A DNA stretch of 64,000 nt from Epithemia pelagica (lineage: Eukaryota > Protista > Bacillariophyta): the NCBI GenBank assembly GCA_946965045.2, contig OX337236.1, forward strand, positions 1,302,001 to 1,366,000, written 5' to 3'. A program made the translations under genes and the position numbers. The notes beneath the pieces are model-generated. The model was not told the DNA's origin. It made no database searches and saw nothing but the letters and a program-made list of their open reading frames with translations. Shown in pieces: positions 24,578 to 34,676 of this stretch. Each line of letters starts with the position of its first letter. Position 1 is the stretch's first letter.

Positions 24578-25669
24578 ATGCGAGGTTGCCGTGTTCCTTG
24601 GGATTGTTGGACGATCCTGATGATGTGTTTACTGATGCAGGGAAACTTGTGGAGCGTCGTCTCGGACGCATTTCTTGTTCCACTCCAGCATGCCTACTAC
24701 CAACAACGAGGACAACAACAAGGACCCATGTCGAGCTCGACGACGGTATCGCCAGGGACAACCTCTCGACACGCTGCTGCGGCAATGAAAACCACACGAA
24801 AATGTTCTACATGCACAGCCAAGTCGAACAACAACAATGACGATGACGATACACGAGTTATTCTGGATCCCAAAATAGTGCAACGCAACAAATGTTGGAT
24901 TATTCTGGTGGACGATGAAGAATCGATTCGTCAATCGGTGGGAGATTTCTTGTACGACGAAGGGTACGAGGTCACAGCCTGCGATGGTGCCAATGCACTC
25001 TTGGAAGTTTTGGGAGGCGGGACCCTGCCGGAACCAAACAACAATCGATTCTACGACGACACTGGTTCGATCCACCAATCACCTGTGGTGACTCCCCGAC
25101 GGCTTCTTCAACAAGAAAAGGCGTTGCCAGACGCCATTGTGAGTGATGTTCGCATGCCTGGAACGGATGGGATTGAATTGTTGGAGATTCTTCGTCAAGA
25201 TGCCAGGTATCAACGGATTCCAGTCATATTGTTAACCGCCAAAGCCTTGACCATGGATCGGATTGCTGGTTTCAAGGCTGGAGCGGATGCCTATCTCCCC
25301 AAACCATTTCATCCCGAGGAATTGTTGAGCATTCTAGACAATGCCATATTGCGACGACAACAAATGAAGAGTGCACGCAGCAGCCTAGCCAATCTCAAGG
25401 AAGAAATGGCGAATATCAAATCCATTATGCAACAAAACAGTGCCAACACGGTCAAGCAAACCAATGTGTACCTGACCCCGGGAGAGAGAGATGTCCTCGA
25501 ACTGGTCTGTCTTGGCTACACTAACAAAGAAATTGCTCAAGAACGTGGGGTATCGACGGATCGGATCATTAAAATTGTTCAAAAACTATTTCAAGAAACT
25601 CAAACCACCAAACGAACTGAGCTGGTACGGTGGGCCTTTCAAACTGGATATGTTTCGCCTCGACAATAG
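24578..25669 (+). CDS. NarL/FixJ-type response regulator (REC + LuxR HTH; Ycf29-like), probably plastid-targeted
   Basis: ILVDDEESIR, PDAIVSDVRMP (phospho-acceptor D), ILLTAK, GADAYLPKPFHPEEL, LTPGERDVLELVCLGYTNKEIA. N-terminal hydrophobic signal ending VSDA-FLVP from ATG 24578. Confidence 0.88.
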   Translation: MRGCRVPWDCWTILMMCLLMQGNLWSVVSDAFLVPLQHAYYQQRGQQQGPMSSSTTVSPGTTSRHAAAAMKTTRKCSTCTAKSNNNNDDDDTRVILDPKIVQRNKCWIILVDDEESIRQSVGDFLYDEGYEVTACDGANALLEVLGGGTLPEPNNNRFYDDTGSIHQSPVVTPRRLLQQEKALPDAIVSDVRMPGTDGIELLEILRQDARYQRIPVILLTAKALTMDRIAGFKAGADAYLPKPFHPEELLSILDNAILRRQQMKSARSSLANLKEEMANIKSIMQQNSANTVKQTNVYLTPGERDVLELVCLGYTNKEIAQERGVSTDRIIKIVQKLFQETQTTKRTELVRWAFQTGYVSPRQ

Positions 25670-26348
25670 GATCGTGGTATGCAACAAAACCTGCCAGAAA
25701 GAGTTTTCGTCTTGGTGAATAGATACACGAGGAGAGAATGGATCTATTTGTGTGCAATTGAATCTAAAAGGCAAAAGAGCAACCATGTAGGGATAGGACC
25801 GATGAAGACTGACACTACCGTGCCGGATTCGGTTAAGTTTGGCTGGAGCTTCAGTCGTTTTGCCATCTTGCTTTTCTGCCCTGGATGTCGTGTTGGAACC
25901 CAGGACAAAACACGATGGAGTGCTGCTGCAACTTGTCCAAAATGGCACATGGCACAAATCTAGCCATGACTGGTTGAATCCTTCCTTCTCGACCATGGGG
26001 AACCATAAAGAATATTTGTCATGCGTCTTGTGGACTGCAGCTCACCTCTACTAGAGTATGATTTTGCCATGGTCTAGAGTTCCACTGGAAATCGATAGAG
26101 GCTTACCTACCTACTCATTGCCACTACTACTACCTACCGTATCCGTAGAGAGAGAAGAGAGAACATAGTACACATAGTCGAAAGCCGCAAAAAGATCCAG
26201 GAGTCGCAGATCTTTCCACTGACACATTAATTGTGACTCGAACATGATGTTGTGACCCATACCAAACCTGGAACCTCAAATACCAGTGGTGATCAGAAGG
26301 ATCAAGGAGTCCATAGATAGGATATTCAGAAAGCGGAGGCAAAGGATC

Positions 26349-27743
26349 ATGTGTAATACAACGAAAGACGCCGCAAAGGGTGACAGTCAGAGCGATGACA
26401 AAGCCACTCTTCCAGGAACGAAGGAATCTGGTCCGGGCAAGCTGAAACAAGCAACTCGTCTGGGTGCCCTATCTATGGGCTTGAATACATTGGCCGCGTC
26501 CCTTACAATACCCTACCTCCAATCGCGACGTGATGAATTGGGATGTGATTCCGTATGTTATGGATCCATGACATCCACGAGATCCACCCTGGCGTTGATT
26601 GGGGCAGCGCTGGTCGGGCGAATATCGGACATTCCGTACAAGGGTGGCAACTCACGTCGACTGTGCCTCTTTCTGGGAGTGGCGGCCGCCATGACGGCAC
26701 TGGCGACTGCCAATCGTGCTCGCACTTTGGTGGAGTTGTGGTGGAGTCTCTTTCCCAACATGTTTCAGCAAAACATGAGTGTCATGAAGGCACTCTTTAG
26801 CGAATATCACTCCATGTACGACGATACTGAGAATTCAAAAGGTTCGCCGAAATCGGCTACCAACACTGGGGCCGATCGAGCTTCCTCGGCTGGGACTTTG
26901 GGGATGGTCGCAGGATTGTCGTTTATGGTGGGACCTATGATGGGATCCATACTGCTCGCAAACTACGACCAGGCAACAATGGTCTCCATGGTTTTGTTAC
27001 TTCTCTCGGCTGTCGTCATCGCTCTCTTGCCGTCAGTTGACCATAAAGACAAGAAGGATGATCCAGAACCCAAAAACAAGAGCCTCTTGGCGTTCCTGGA
27101 CGTTCCGTCGGCGCGATCGCCTGCGGCAATCTTTGTTCTGGTGAATCGGTTGCTCATGTCCATGTCGGACCAAATTTTTAGCGTGATTTGTCCGTCTTCT
27201 CTCAAAGAAAGGTTTGAATTTGGACCTAAACTGCTTATGTTCTTTTCCATGATTGGCTTGTTCTACGCCTTTGCCCAAGGGTTCGCGGCCAAGCGTGCTC
27301 TTCAACGATTTGGGGGTCACACATCACAAGGAAGATCCCGACTTTTCGTTGTTTGTCTCGTTACCGTCTCGGTCGCCCGATACTGGGCCTTTTATAGTTA
27401 CAACTTGAGGCTGGTGTACATGTTGTATGCCATCATGGTAACGGCCTTTGGTATATCGGCGACCATGGTCACGGCGGATGCATCCCGGATTCCAGCCGTC
27501 GAGGAAGTGGGCAGCTTTTTTGGGATCATGGCGGCGGTGGAAAGTGGGGCTGGAGTGATTGGGCCATTGATTGCGAGTGCTCTGGTATCTACCATGGATC
27601 TCAAAGAGGCACCACTCTACGCCTCGGTCGGTTTCAATATTGCGTCTGCCGTGTTAACGTTCTTTGCCTATGACCAGTGTGTCTTCCAGCACATGGAACG
27701 GCAGAAGCAAAAGGAAGAGGTTGCACACAAGAAAACAGAGTAA
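26349..27743 (+). CDS. MFS_1 transporter (TetA/DHA1-like)
   Basis: LIGAALVGRISD (motif A), GLSFMVGPMMGSIL, FFGIMAAVESGAGVIGP; about 12 TM segments. First ATG 26349. Confidence 0.85.
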   Translation: MCNTTKDAAKGDSQSDDKATLPGTKESGPGKLKQATRLGALSMGLNTLAASLTIPYLQSRRDELGCDSVCYGSMTSTRSTLALIGAALVGRISDIPYKGGNSRRLCLFLGVAAAMTALATANRARTLVELWWSLFPNMFQQNMSVMKALFSEYHSMYDDTENSKGSPKSATNTGADRASSAGTLGMVAGLSFMVGPMMGSILLANYDQATMVSMVLLLLSAVVIALLPSVDHKDKKDDPEPKNKSLLAFLDVPSARSPAAIFVLVNRLLMSMSDQIFSVICPSSLKERFEFGPKLLMFFSMIGLFYAFAQGFAAKRALQRFGGHTSQGRSRLFVVCLVTVSVARYWAFYSYNLRLVYMLYAIMVTAFGISATMVTADASRIPAVEEVGSFFGIMAAVESGAGVIGPLIASALVSTMDLKEAPLYASVGFNIASAVLTFFAYDQCVFQHMERQKQKEEVAHKKTE

Positions 27744-27960
27744 AATCCATTCCGATCTGGCCTATTCGTTTAACTCTAGAAACGCACTACGTTTAACTCT
27801 AGAAACGCACTACGAAATCGGTGAAAAGGGTAAATCTTCACAACACAAACATAGGGTACTTTTAAAAAGTGCATTAGAACTACTGCCGAAAGAGAATGAG
27901 TGTCACATGAGGGACTGATCGGTCCCTTTCCCAAATATCGAGATCCATGGTCGCAACTGC

Positions 27961-28617
27961 TTAACGGCTCATCTCTTCTTTGAGTGCCTTTTGCTTAATG
28001 CAGCATCCAACCTGTGACAATAAAAGACAAAGTTAGAGTATTCGGGAAACATGTTCAATCTCCGAATCCAATGATGGGACGTACCCTGGGGTAGACAGTC
28101 AAACCCAAAACGGTACAGGCAACAGGGACCTCTTCGTTGCAGGGGATGGCACAGCTCTGGACGAGGCAGCAAACTGAACGAGAAAAAAAATGTCAGAACG
28201 GCCAATTCAAAGGAAAAAGGGATTTCTCCGTACTTCTCTAACTGTCGTTGGGTTCTCTCTTCCTTCTTTTCTTCTTCCGACATGGTCTCACTTACGTTGG
28301 CATTGACCGTTGATGACACTGCATCCGTCGTTTTCGCACTTGCATCCCAAACAGCAGAAAGGCAACAAACAGGGTGCTCCAGGTTTGCAGCAGCATTCAG
28401 CATTGGCGCAGCAAATACCGCACTGTTGTTTCATGAAACAAAATCAAAAGTTAGTAGGATGTGATGGGCAATGACACACACGTCGCAACCGTCGCGAAAC
28501 ATTTACCTTTCCGCTGACACCAATGGCATCCGCGCGAGGATAAAGGGAGCAGTTGGAGCAGCAGCAAGCACTACAGAGGATGAGTTCCTCCTCGTCGACA
28601 GCGTCTTCCATGCACAT
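27961..28617 (-). CDS. Small cysteine-rich protein (125 aa, 26 Cys), 4 exons
   Basis: Exons 28617-28507, 28422-28296, 28173-28085 and 28011-27961 are joined by three GT-AG introns (84, 122 and 73 bp). They give an uninterrupted frame: MCMEDAVDEEELILCSACCCSNCSLYPRADAIGVSGK|CGICCANAECCCKPGAPCLLPFCCLGCKCENDGCSVINGQCQ|LCCLVQSCAIPCNEEVPVACTVLGLTVYPR|VGCCIKQKALKEEMSR*. Confidence 0.85.
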
Positions 28618-29151
28618 CTTGGCGGATTCGTTGATGTATCAGATTTGAAACAACCGACAAAGCGACTCTCTTCGTTCGATTTCAAAGAATTATGATCCGG
28701 TGTTGGTGCCAAGTGGGCCGAACAAACAAAGTACACAACGGACTATAGTCAATCGCTAAACTTCTCCAACCGTCGTTTCCTGTAACTACCCATGTGTACT
28801 AAAAACATAGAGATAGTACATTCTCTACCATACTACATTGTCCAACGCACGCATGGGCAGTGAGATGCGGAAGGCGGGACCAGCCAAGAAAGAGAGACCT
28901 CGTTTTCTGATGATTGTTGACGGCGGGACAACAGGACCAGACAACTTGCTTCCACAGGACAACCTGCTTCCACATGACAACCTGTATACAGCTTGTAGTA
29001 TCGTTACGATCGTCACATAATGGCTTCCACAACGATGATGTGAAATACAGGAAAGCCATTATGAATGTTTTTGCGTTGGTTGGCATCCGATTCGAATGTT
29101 ATTGCGTTGAATTGACATCCGATTCGTTGTAATGGCATGGATGCGTTTGTA

Positions 29152-30794
29152 TCAGTCGTCCCTGTGTCTGTTCGCTTGAGAAGGAGATGATGTCCGCTCA
29201 GACACGGAATCGACATGGGCCTCGTGCAACGAGAGCCCATGTCCATTGAGTTCCACTTCCGGCCGGAATCCTAGGTTTCTGTCGCTGTTTCCTTCACTTT
29301 CTCCGAGATCCGGATCATGGACCTGTATCAGTCTGTGCACGTCCACCACAGGAGATGGAGTCATCTCATACAATATGGTCCCTCCAATGATAAAAGCCAA
29401 GGAGGGGTAGAACAAGGGTAACGGGCGAATGTGCTCCGCGACGACTGAAAAGCCGACCGACCAAAAGTCGCCCGTCAACAAACTTAGATTCAAAAACACG
29501 GCTGTTCGAAAACCAAACAACAAGAAGCCAGTGTCGTAACATTAGATATGCATGACTCTTGAAAGTTACACACGAAACACATACCTTCTGATATTTGTAG
29601 AAATCGAGCATTACCAATGTAGAGAAACAGGCCACACGAACTGAATCCCATCCACAACCCAAATACTTTTCCAGGTGAACAACTGTTGGCTGCCATTTCA
29701 GACCCCATGAAAAAGAAAAAGTGTTTCACTTCACTTCTTTCCAACAAGGCAACATGTAACGCACAGAAAATAATCGCAAAAAATCCCAACATGGACAAGT
29801 ATTCCAGTTTTGCCCTCGATTCGCTCGTGCGCCGATCCCGGACTAGATACTCCGCCGCAGTATTACTGACGCCAAACAAAATGCCACCGACAAGACCCAG
29901 CATGTCGCCGAGTGCTTTGTGAGGATATTCATCATTCACATTTCTCAAGAGTCGGTCCCCTTTTCGATCCTTTTCATAATCTTGAAACACGTTCAGGGCA
30001 ATTCCAAGCATGCAGACGAAGATACCCACAAAGTGGAGTTTCGAGTACCTTCGACGGAACCAACAACAAGCCAACAACATTGCACTGGGTATTGCCAAGG
30101 CATCCGTCAAAGCGACTGATGTAATGGTGGTGTATCGAAAAGCCATAACTGTGCAATAATTGGCGTAGAAATCAGCCAACGCCACAAGCAAGAAAACACA
30201 AACAGGTCGCGACAGCGGTATCAGTCTCAAAAAGGTGTACGATAAAACCCCTGGAGTGGCAGAATCATGAGTCTGCCAGAGACCCGATGTGCTGTTCTCA
30301 AGGTTTTTGTCGTCCACCTCCGAAACACTTTTGCTAAATGTCAGATGATCATCTCCACCAATGGATTGACCTTCTTCCAAAAATACAGAGTCATTTTGCT
30401 GCGCTGACTCAACAGTTGATTCATGGTATGCATTTGGCTCTTCGTCGTTGAATGCAGAAAGACTTTGACCTCGCTCGTTCTTTCGTTGGAAGAAGTACAG
30501 AGGGATCAAGCCAAGAGCCAAGCATAGATAGAACGGTGCAACGGAAAGGGATGGTGCAGACAGATGACAATCCAGCTCTAATGTGCCTTGCGCCGCTCCT
30601 GCCGACGCCATCACGAAGGAGAGGACCTGGCCGAACAGTAGGACCGCAAGAACTGGAAATTCGCCGGATTCATTCCGCCTGCAGCAGTGGCCAAAAAGGG
30701 AGCACGTTCTCGAAAAACAATTCTGCAAAGATGCAGATCGGCTGGCAAGGGGCAAGGGACATTCATCATCTGGCTCGTTCTCCAAACCAACCAT
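29152..30794 (-). CDS. SLC35F-family (drug/metabolite superfamily) transporter
   Basis: Exons about 30794-29585 and 29501-29152, with GT-AG intron 29584-29502 joining LQISE-AVFLNLSLLTGDFWSV. Motifs LLFGQVLSF, AFRYTTITSVALTDALAIP, GDMLGL. Start uncertain. Confidence 0.85.
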
Positions 30795-32800
30795 GAGGCG
30801 GACCGAATTGAATTGGTCTCTTCTACCAATTGAGACAGCAAGAAGATCTATATCAGTCTCTCCCTCCCTTTTCCACCAATTGATGAAATCATCCCCACAC
30901 GAAGAAAAATGGGACCCATTACCCCAATGTGAGCGCACGCCGAGCCCAAATAATCCCTCAGAAGAAGAGCGACCGATTTAGCAGCGCATAGCGCATCGCT
31001 ATCTGCATCAGACAAAACCCATGCAACGAACTCATAGGAGTAGGAGTATCCTAGAGGAGTAGGAGCAGGATCAATTGCATCAACCAACGTGAAATAACAA
31101 ACTGAAGATCGCCACTTGCGGTAGTGGTCAATACAATACATCCAGACTTCTCGGCCCGAACGGCTTACCTGACCAGTTCAATTGTGTCTGCTTGATCTTG
31201 TTATGCACTTGGTCGAACTATGTGTCGATGATAAGATATGCCCCTACTCCATTCCAAAAAATCACCCTACTCTCCTCTATTCACTCCTCCTGCCCTCCTG
31301 ATCGATTCGAATGGATGCGTAGACTATGTAAGTCTAGAGCACAAGCCCTTCCTTGTGGCACAAAGAGAGGAACAGGATAAGTCTGCATATTCAGTTTATT
31401 CCTTCCTAGTAGTAGGAAGACATCTTGCTAATCTCGCCTTTGCGAGGTGGATCCACGTAAAGATCTTGTTACTCATCCAAACTGTCTCATGTCTTTTCCA
31501 TACCACTCTTCTGATTAGAGCAAGAACTTCAAACTAGATGATACGGTTCCTTGTTGCTTGGACGTGAAAGAGAACAAATATTCTAGGCATTGCCATGAAT
31601 CTCGCTCATGTCTCATGTCCCAGGGGAATCTGACGTCTCTAGTCTCTAACGCCGGTATACGTACCCAGCAGGCAATCTCTGGAACCTGGAAGCTGCTCCA
31701 TGATCCATAAAATGAATAATGACTGTATCCTTCTTTTAGGAGGAGCAAGGAGGAGGTAAGAGGTAAGTGGTGTAATGATTAATGATAGCGTAGAGAGTTG
31801 CTCGAGTACTAGGAGTAGCCTTCGAGCTCGTAGGTAGTACTCCTCTACTCGTAGTACTCCTAGCACTAGCAAATAGCAACAGCGCGGATTGATCCAAACG
31901 CAACAGCTGGCACGAAGAACGAAGACACGAGACACGAGACACCCAAGACCCCATGCAAAGATGAATGTCTTTCAGCAAACTTTCTGGATTCTCTGCCCTT
32001 TGAACAAGGCACGAATTTAGAAGGGAATGATGTGGGGCTTCTTCGATGGAGCGAAAGAATGTGGTGTTCAAGGAATATTATGAAGCATCGAGCATCGAGC
32101 GTCCTTTTTTGCCATGTAAAGATTCTGACTGGGACAGGAGACAAAGGTTGGTGGTAAAAAAGGTCATAACTCCTACTCCTTCACTGCTACTCGTACCACG
32201 GTTTGGAAGTTGTAAATATTAAAATCTGAATTGAATTACCGAAAATAATTCACAAGCGAAATCTCCTGAAATTAACTTAATTCAACCAACTCATTTCTAT
32301 ATATATCTGAATGAAATAAGAATATTAATTCGTATTTTGACATAAGACGAATTAAGTTTGAAATACAATTCATATACTGTACTATCACGAATTAAATTAT
32401 GAAACAAAACTCGTATATCGACACACACAAATTAACTTCAATTCGAAACTCATATATTACCTAGCTATGAATTGAATTCCCATATGAATTCGTCGCCCAT
32501 TCTGTAATGAATTGAATTCACACTCCCCTACCACGAATTCAGAGAAAATTGAATTTGCCAAATTCCGAATTCAATTCATGAATTACCCGTGTCACAACTC
32601 AATTCCACCCAACACCCCGATCCTTTCTGATTCCATTCACCTACAATCTACGCCATTCTACTCCAATATGCAATACAGTGTCAACAATGTCCACTTCTTA
32701 TTCCACACTCCCCACCAAAACCCAACCCCCTTTGTTTGCTGTAACACCGACACCGAACTGAACACTGAACACTTGTCCTCCTAGGGAGCCACAAATCAGC

Positions 32801-33790
32801 ATGTCTCAGATCATCATAGTCAAATGTTCATGTCGAATTGAACACCGACTTGCAACAAATCAATCTCTTGTCTCTTTTGTCCTGGATCAAGTTCAACATC
32901 AACCCCCCCCCCCCCCCCCCCCCAAGACAGAAGATGCAATATCCCAGTGTATCTCCAAGGCTGTACTTTGCTGGCTCTGCCGCTTCGATGCTACCATTGT
33001 TCCTCATGTCCAATTCATCCCAAGCTCCATATCTTTCGGAACAAAGAATCTATCCTTCCTCCGAATGTTTATTGATACCAAGTTTTCCTCCCTTCTTCAC
33101 CACGTTGTTCAAGAATTACAAAATCAAATACGTCACGACAACATTCCTTATGCCTCCAACAACTCACCACCAATCAACAATTCAACACAACTTGTTTCCA
33201 ACCTTCAAATCACCTGCCAACCCTCCTTCTACATTCAACCCAATGAAACCTATCTCAAGATTGTTGATTTCATCCAGAGTCACTTGGAGAACTGTGCAAG
33301 AAAAAACCAAGACCGTCGAATCTCGTCATTGCTGTTATCCTGGTTATCACAACACGACACCCCTTTCCTGCTTCATAACACATCACAACAGACCTATGGC
33401 TGCCCACCTGACATGTCTCTCCTCATCAACCTTGTTATAGAAGATGTTCTCCATCGACTCAAAAAGAACATTCCTCCGAACTACAGTGTCAATATCACGG
33501 ACAGCCCCATCATTCCCCTGTCGCCTACTCCATCACCAGGTCCTATTCACATATCTAATCGTCCTACCCTCCCACCTACCTCATCACCCAGTCCACCTTC
33601 CAATGCCAGTGAAACCCCTATATCCAATTGTCCTCCACATCTTTCACCTACAGAAAAGAACCACCATCATCTAGAACCCAAAACCCAACAACATGCTCCG
33701 TATCCTATCTTTGGATTCCGAAAGAGAAATGTCTTTAAGGGAGTCCTCTTACCCGAGCACGTCTTGACAAGTTCAAGCAGTCTTTATTGA
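32801..33790 (+). CDS. Unknown P/S-rich ORF inside the hAT element; possibly the 5' part of the glycosylase gene
   Basis: 329-codon ORF containing a 21-C homopolymer (32903-32923). Its stop overlaps the start of the next frame. Confidence 0.45.
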   Translation: MSQIIIVKCSCRIEHRLATNQSLVSFVLDQVQHQPPPPPPPKTEDAISQCISKAVLCWLCRFDATIVPHVQFIPSSISFGTKNLSFLRMFIDTKFSSLLHHVVQELQNQIRHDNIPYASNNSPPINNSTQLVSNLQITCQPSFYIQPNETYLKIVDFIQSHLENCARKNQDRRISSLLLSWLSQHDTPFLLHNTSQQTYGCPPDMSLLINLVIEDVLHRLKKNIPPNYSVNITDSPIIPLSPTPSPGPIHISNRPTLPPTSSPSPPSNASETPISNCPPHLSPTEKNHHHLEPKTQQHAPYPIFGFRKRNVFKGVLLPEHVLTSSSSLY

Positions 33791-33843
33791 AAAGGACTGG
33801 CATCAATCAATACAACAATTCAATTCAGCATCTTCCAGGAACA

Positions 33844-34644
33844 ATGCCCAAATTGACAATTGGCTATTGTCGACCAGACCCCCCACTAAAATGGAATCAT
33901 CCAACACCCAAGGAGGAAAGGTTGAGATGCTTGAACGATCTCCTCTCTCTTCACCAGTACATCACAAACACATACAATCTACTGGCACCCCGGGACACAT
34001 GGGAACAATGGATCGATGAATATGCCGATTCACCCGATGCTGACCGTGGTTTTATGTGCCTAGTGGTCATTCTTATGAGCAGCAGTACTTCCAACAAGCA
34101 ATTAGCATTGTTGGTACCAAGGCTGTTCTCAATGGGATTCATCAATGCCCAATCTACAATTGACATTGCCACCACTTATGGCATGAATGTTGTCTGTAGC
34201 CTCATGTCAGAATCAGGCAAATACTATGTGAATGGAGAACGAATAGTCAATGCTGCCGACTATTTCATCGTCCGCCATAATGGCCGACTCCCCTCATCAA
34301 TTACCATCGAAGAATTAACCACTCTTCCTGGTGTTGGGTACAAGACGGCAACTTTGGTGATTTCGTATTCATTCCGGAGAAATGATGGCATTCCAAGCGA
34401 CATCCACGTCCTCAAATGGGCAAGACATCTCAAATGGATTCCCCCATATTGCCAAGATGGATCGCAATGCTCTAATTTACTCGAGTGCTGGATCCCCAAA
34501 CAACAATGGCAAGAAGTAAACCCGCTGTTTGGTTCACTTGGACAATTACTTGGGTCGAAGGGTACAAAACAACAGGTGAGACGATGTGTTGGAGACTTCA
34601 TGTTGAAATACCCTACAGTCACAGATCTTAACAAGATCGTTTGA
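33844..34644 (+). CDS. HhH-GPD DNA glycosylase (endonuclease III/NTH-like) carried by the hAT element
   Basis: LVVILMSSSTSNKQL, HhH motif LTTLPGVGYKTATLV with catalytic Lys, PSDIHV with catalytic Asp, and LECWIPKQQWQEVNPLFGSLGQL. No C-terminal 4Fe-4S Cys cluster. Frame open from 33739; first ATG 33844. Confidence 0.88.
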   Translation: MPKLTIGYCRPDPPLKWNHPTPKEERLRCLNDLLSLHQYITNTYNLLAPRDTWEQWIDEYADSPDADRGFMCLVVILMSSSTSNKQLALLVPRLFSMGFINAQSTIDIATTYGMNVVCSLMSESGKYYVNGERIVNAADYFIVRHNGRLPSSITIEELTTLPGVGYKTATLVISYSFRRNDGIPSDIHVLKWARHLKWIPPYCQDGSQCSNLLECWIPKQQWQEVNPLFGSLGQLLGSKGTKQQVRRCVGDFMLKYPTVTDLNKIV

Positions 34645-34676
34645 TCAATAAACTACTAATCACTAAGTACTTGTCC

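Noticed and set aside
24449-27743. Response regulator + TetA-like MFS as a bacterial contaminant or operon
   Set aside because: Eukaryotic targeting presequence, low-complexity diatom-style linkers and intron-containing neighbours indicate native nuclear genes.
27768-27813. Perfect 23-bp tandem duplication GTTTAACTCTAGAAACGCACTAC x2
   Set aside because: It is real but looks like an isolated slippage event in a 3' intergenic region, with no sign of function.
411-31000. Numerous antisense and overlapping ORFs listed across the gene-rich half
   Set aside because: They are shadows of real genes on the opposite strand or in other frames, with no independent motifs.
31100-32190. Short ORFs left of the hAT element
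   Set aside because: They have no recognisable motifs, are stop-rich and cannot be joined by convincing splice sites.
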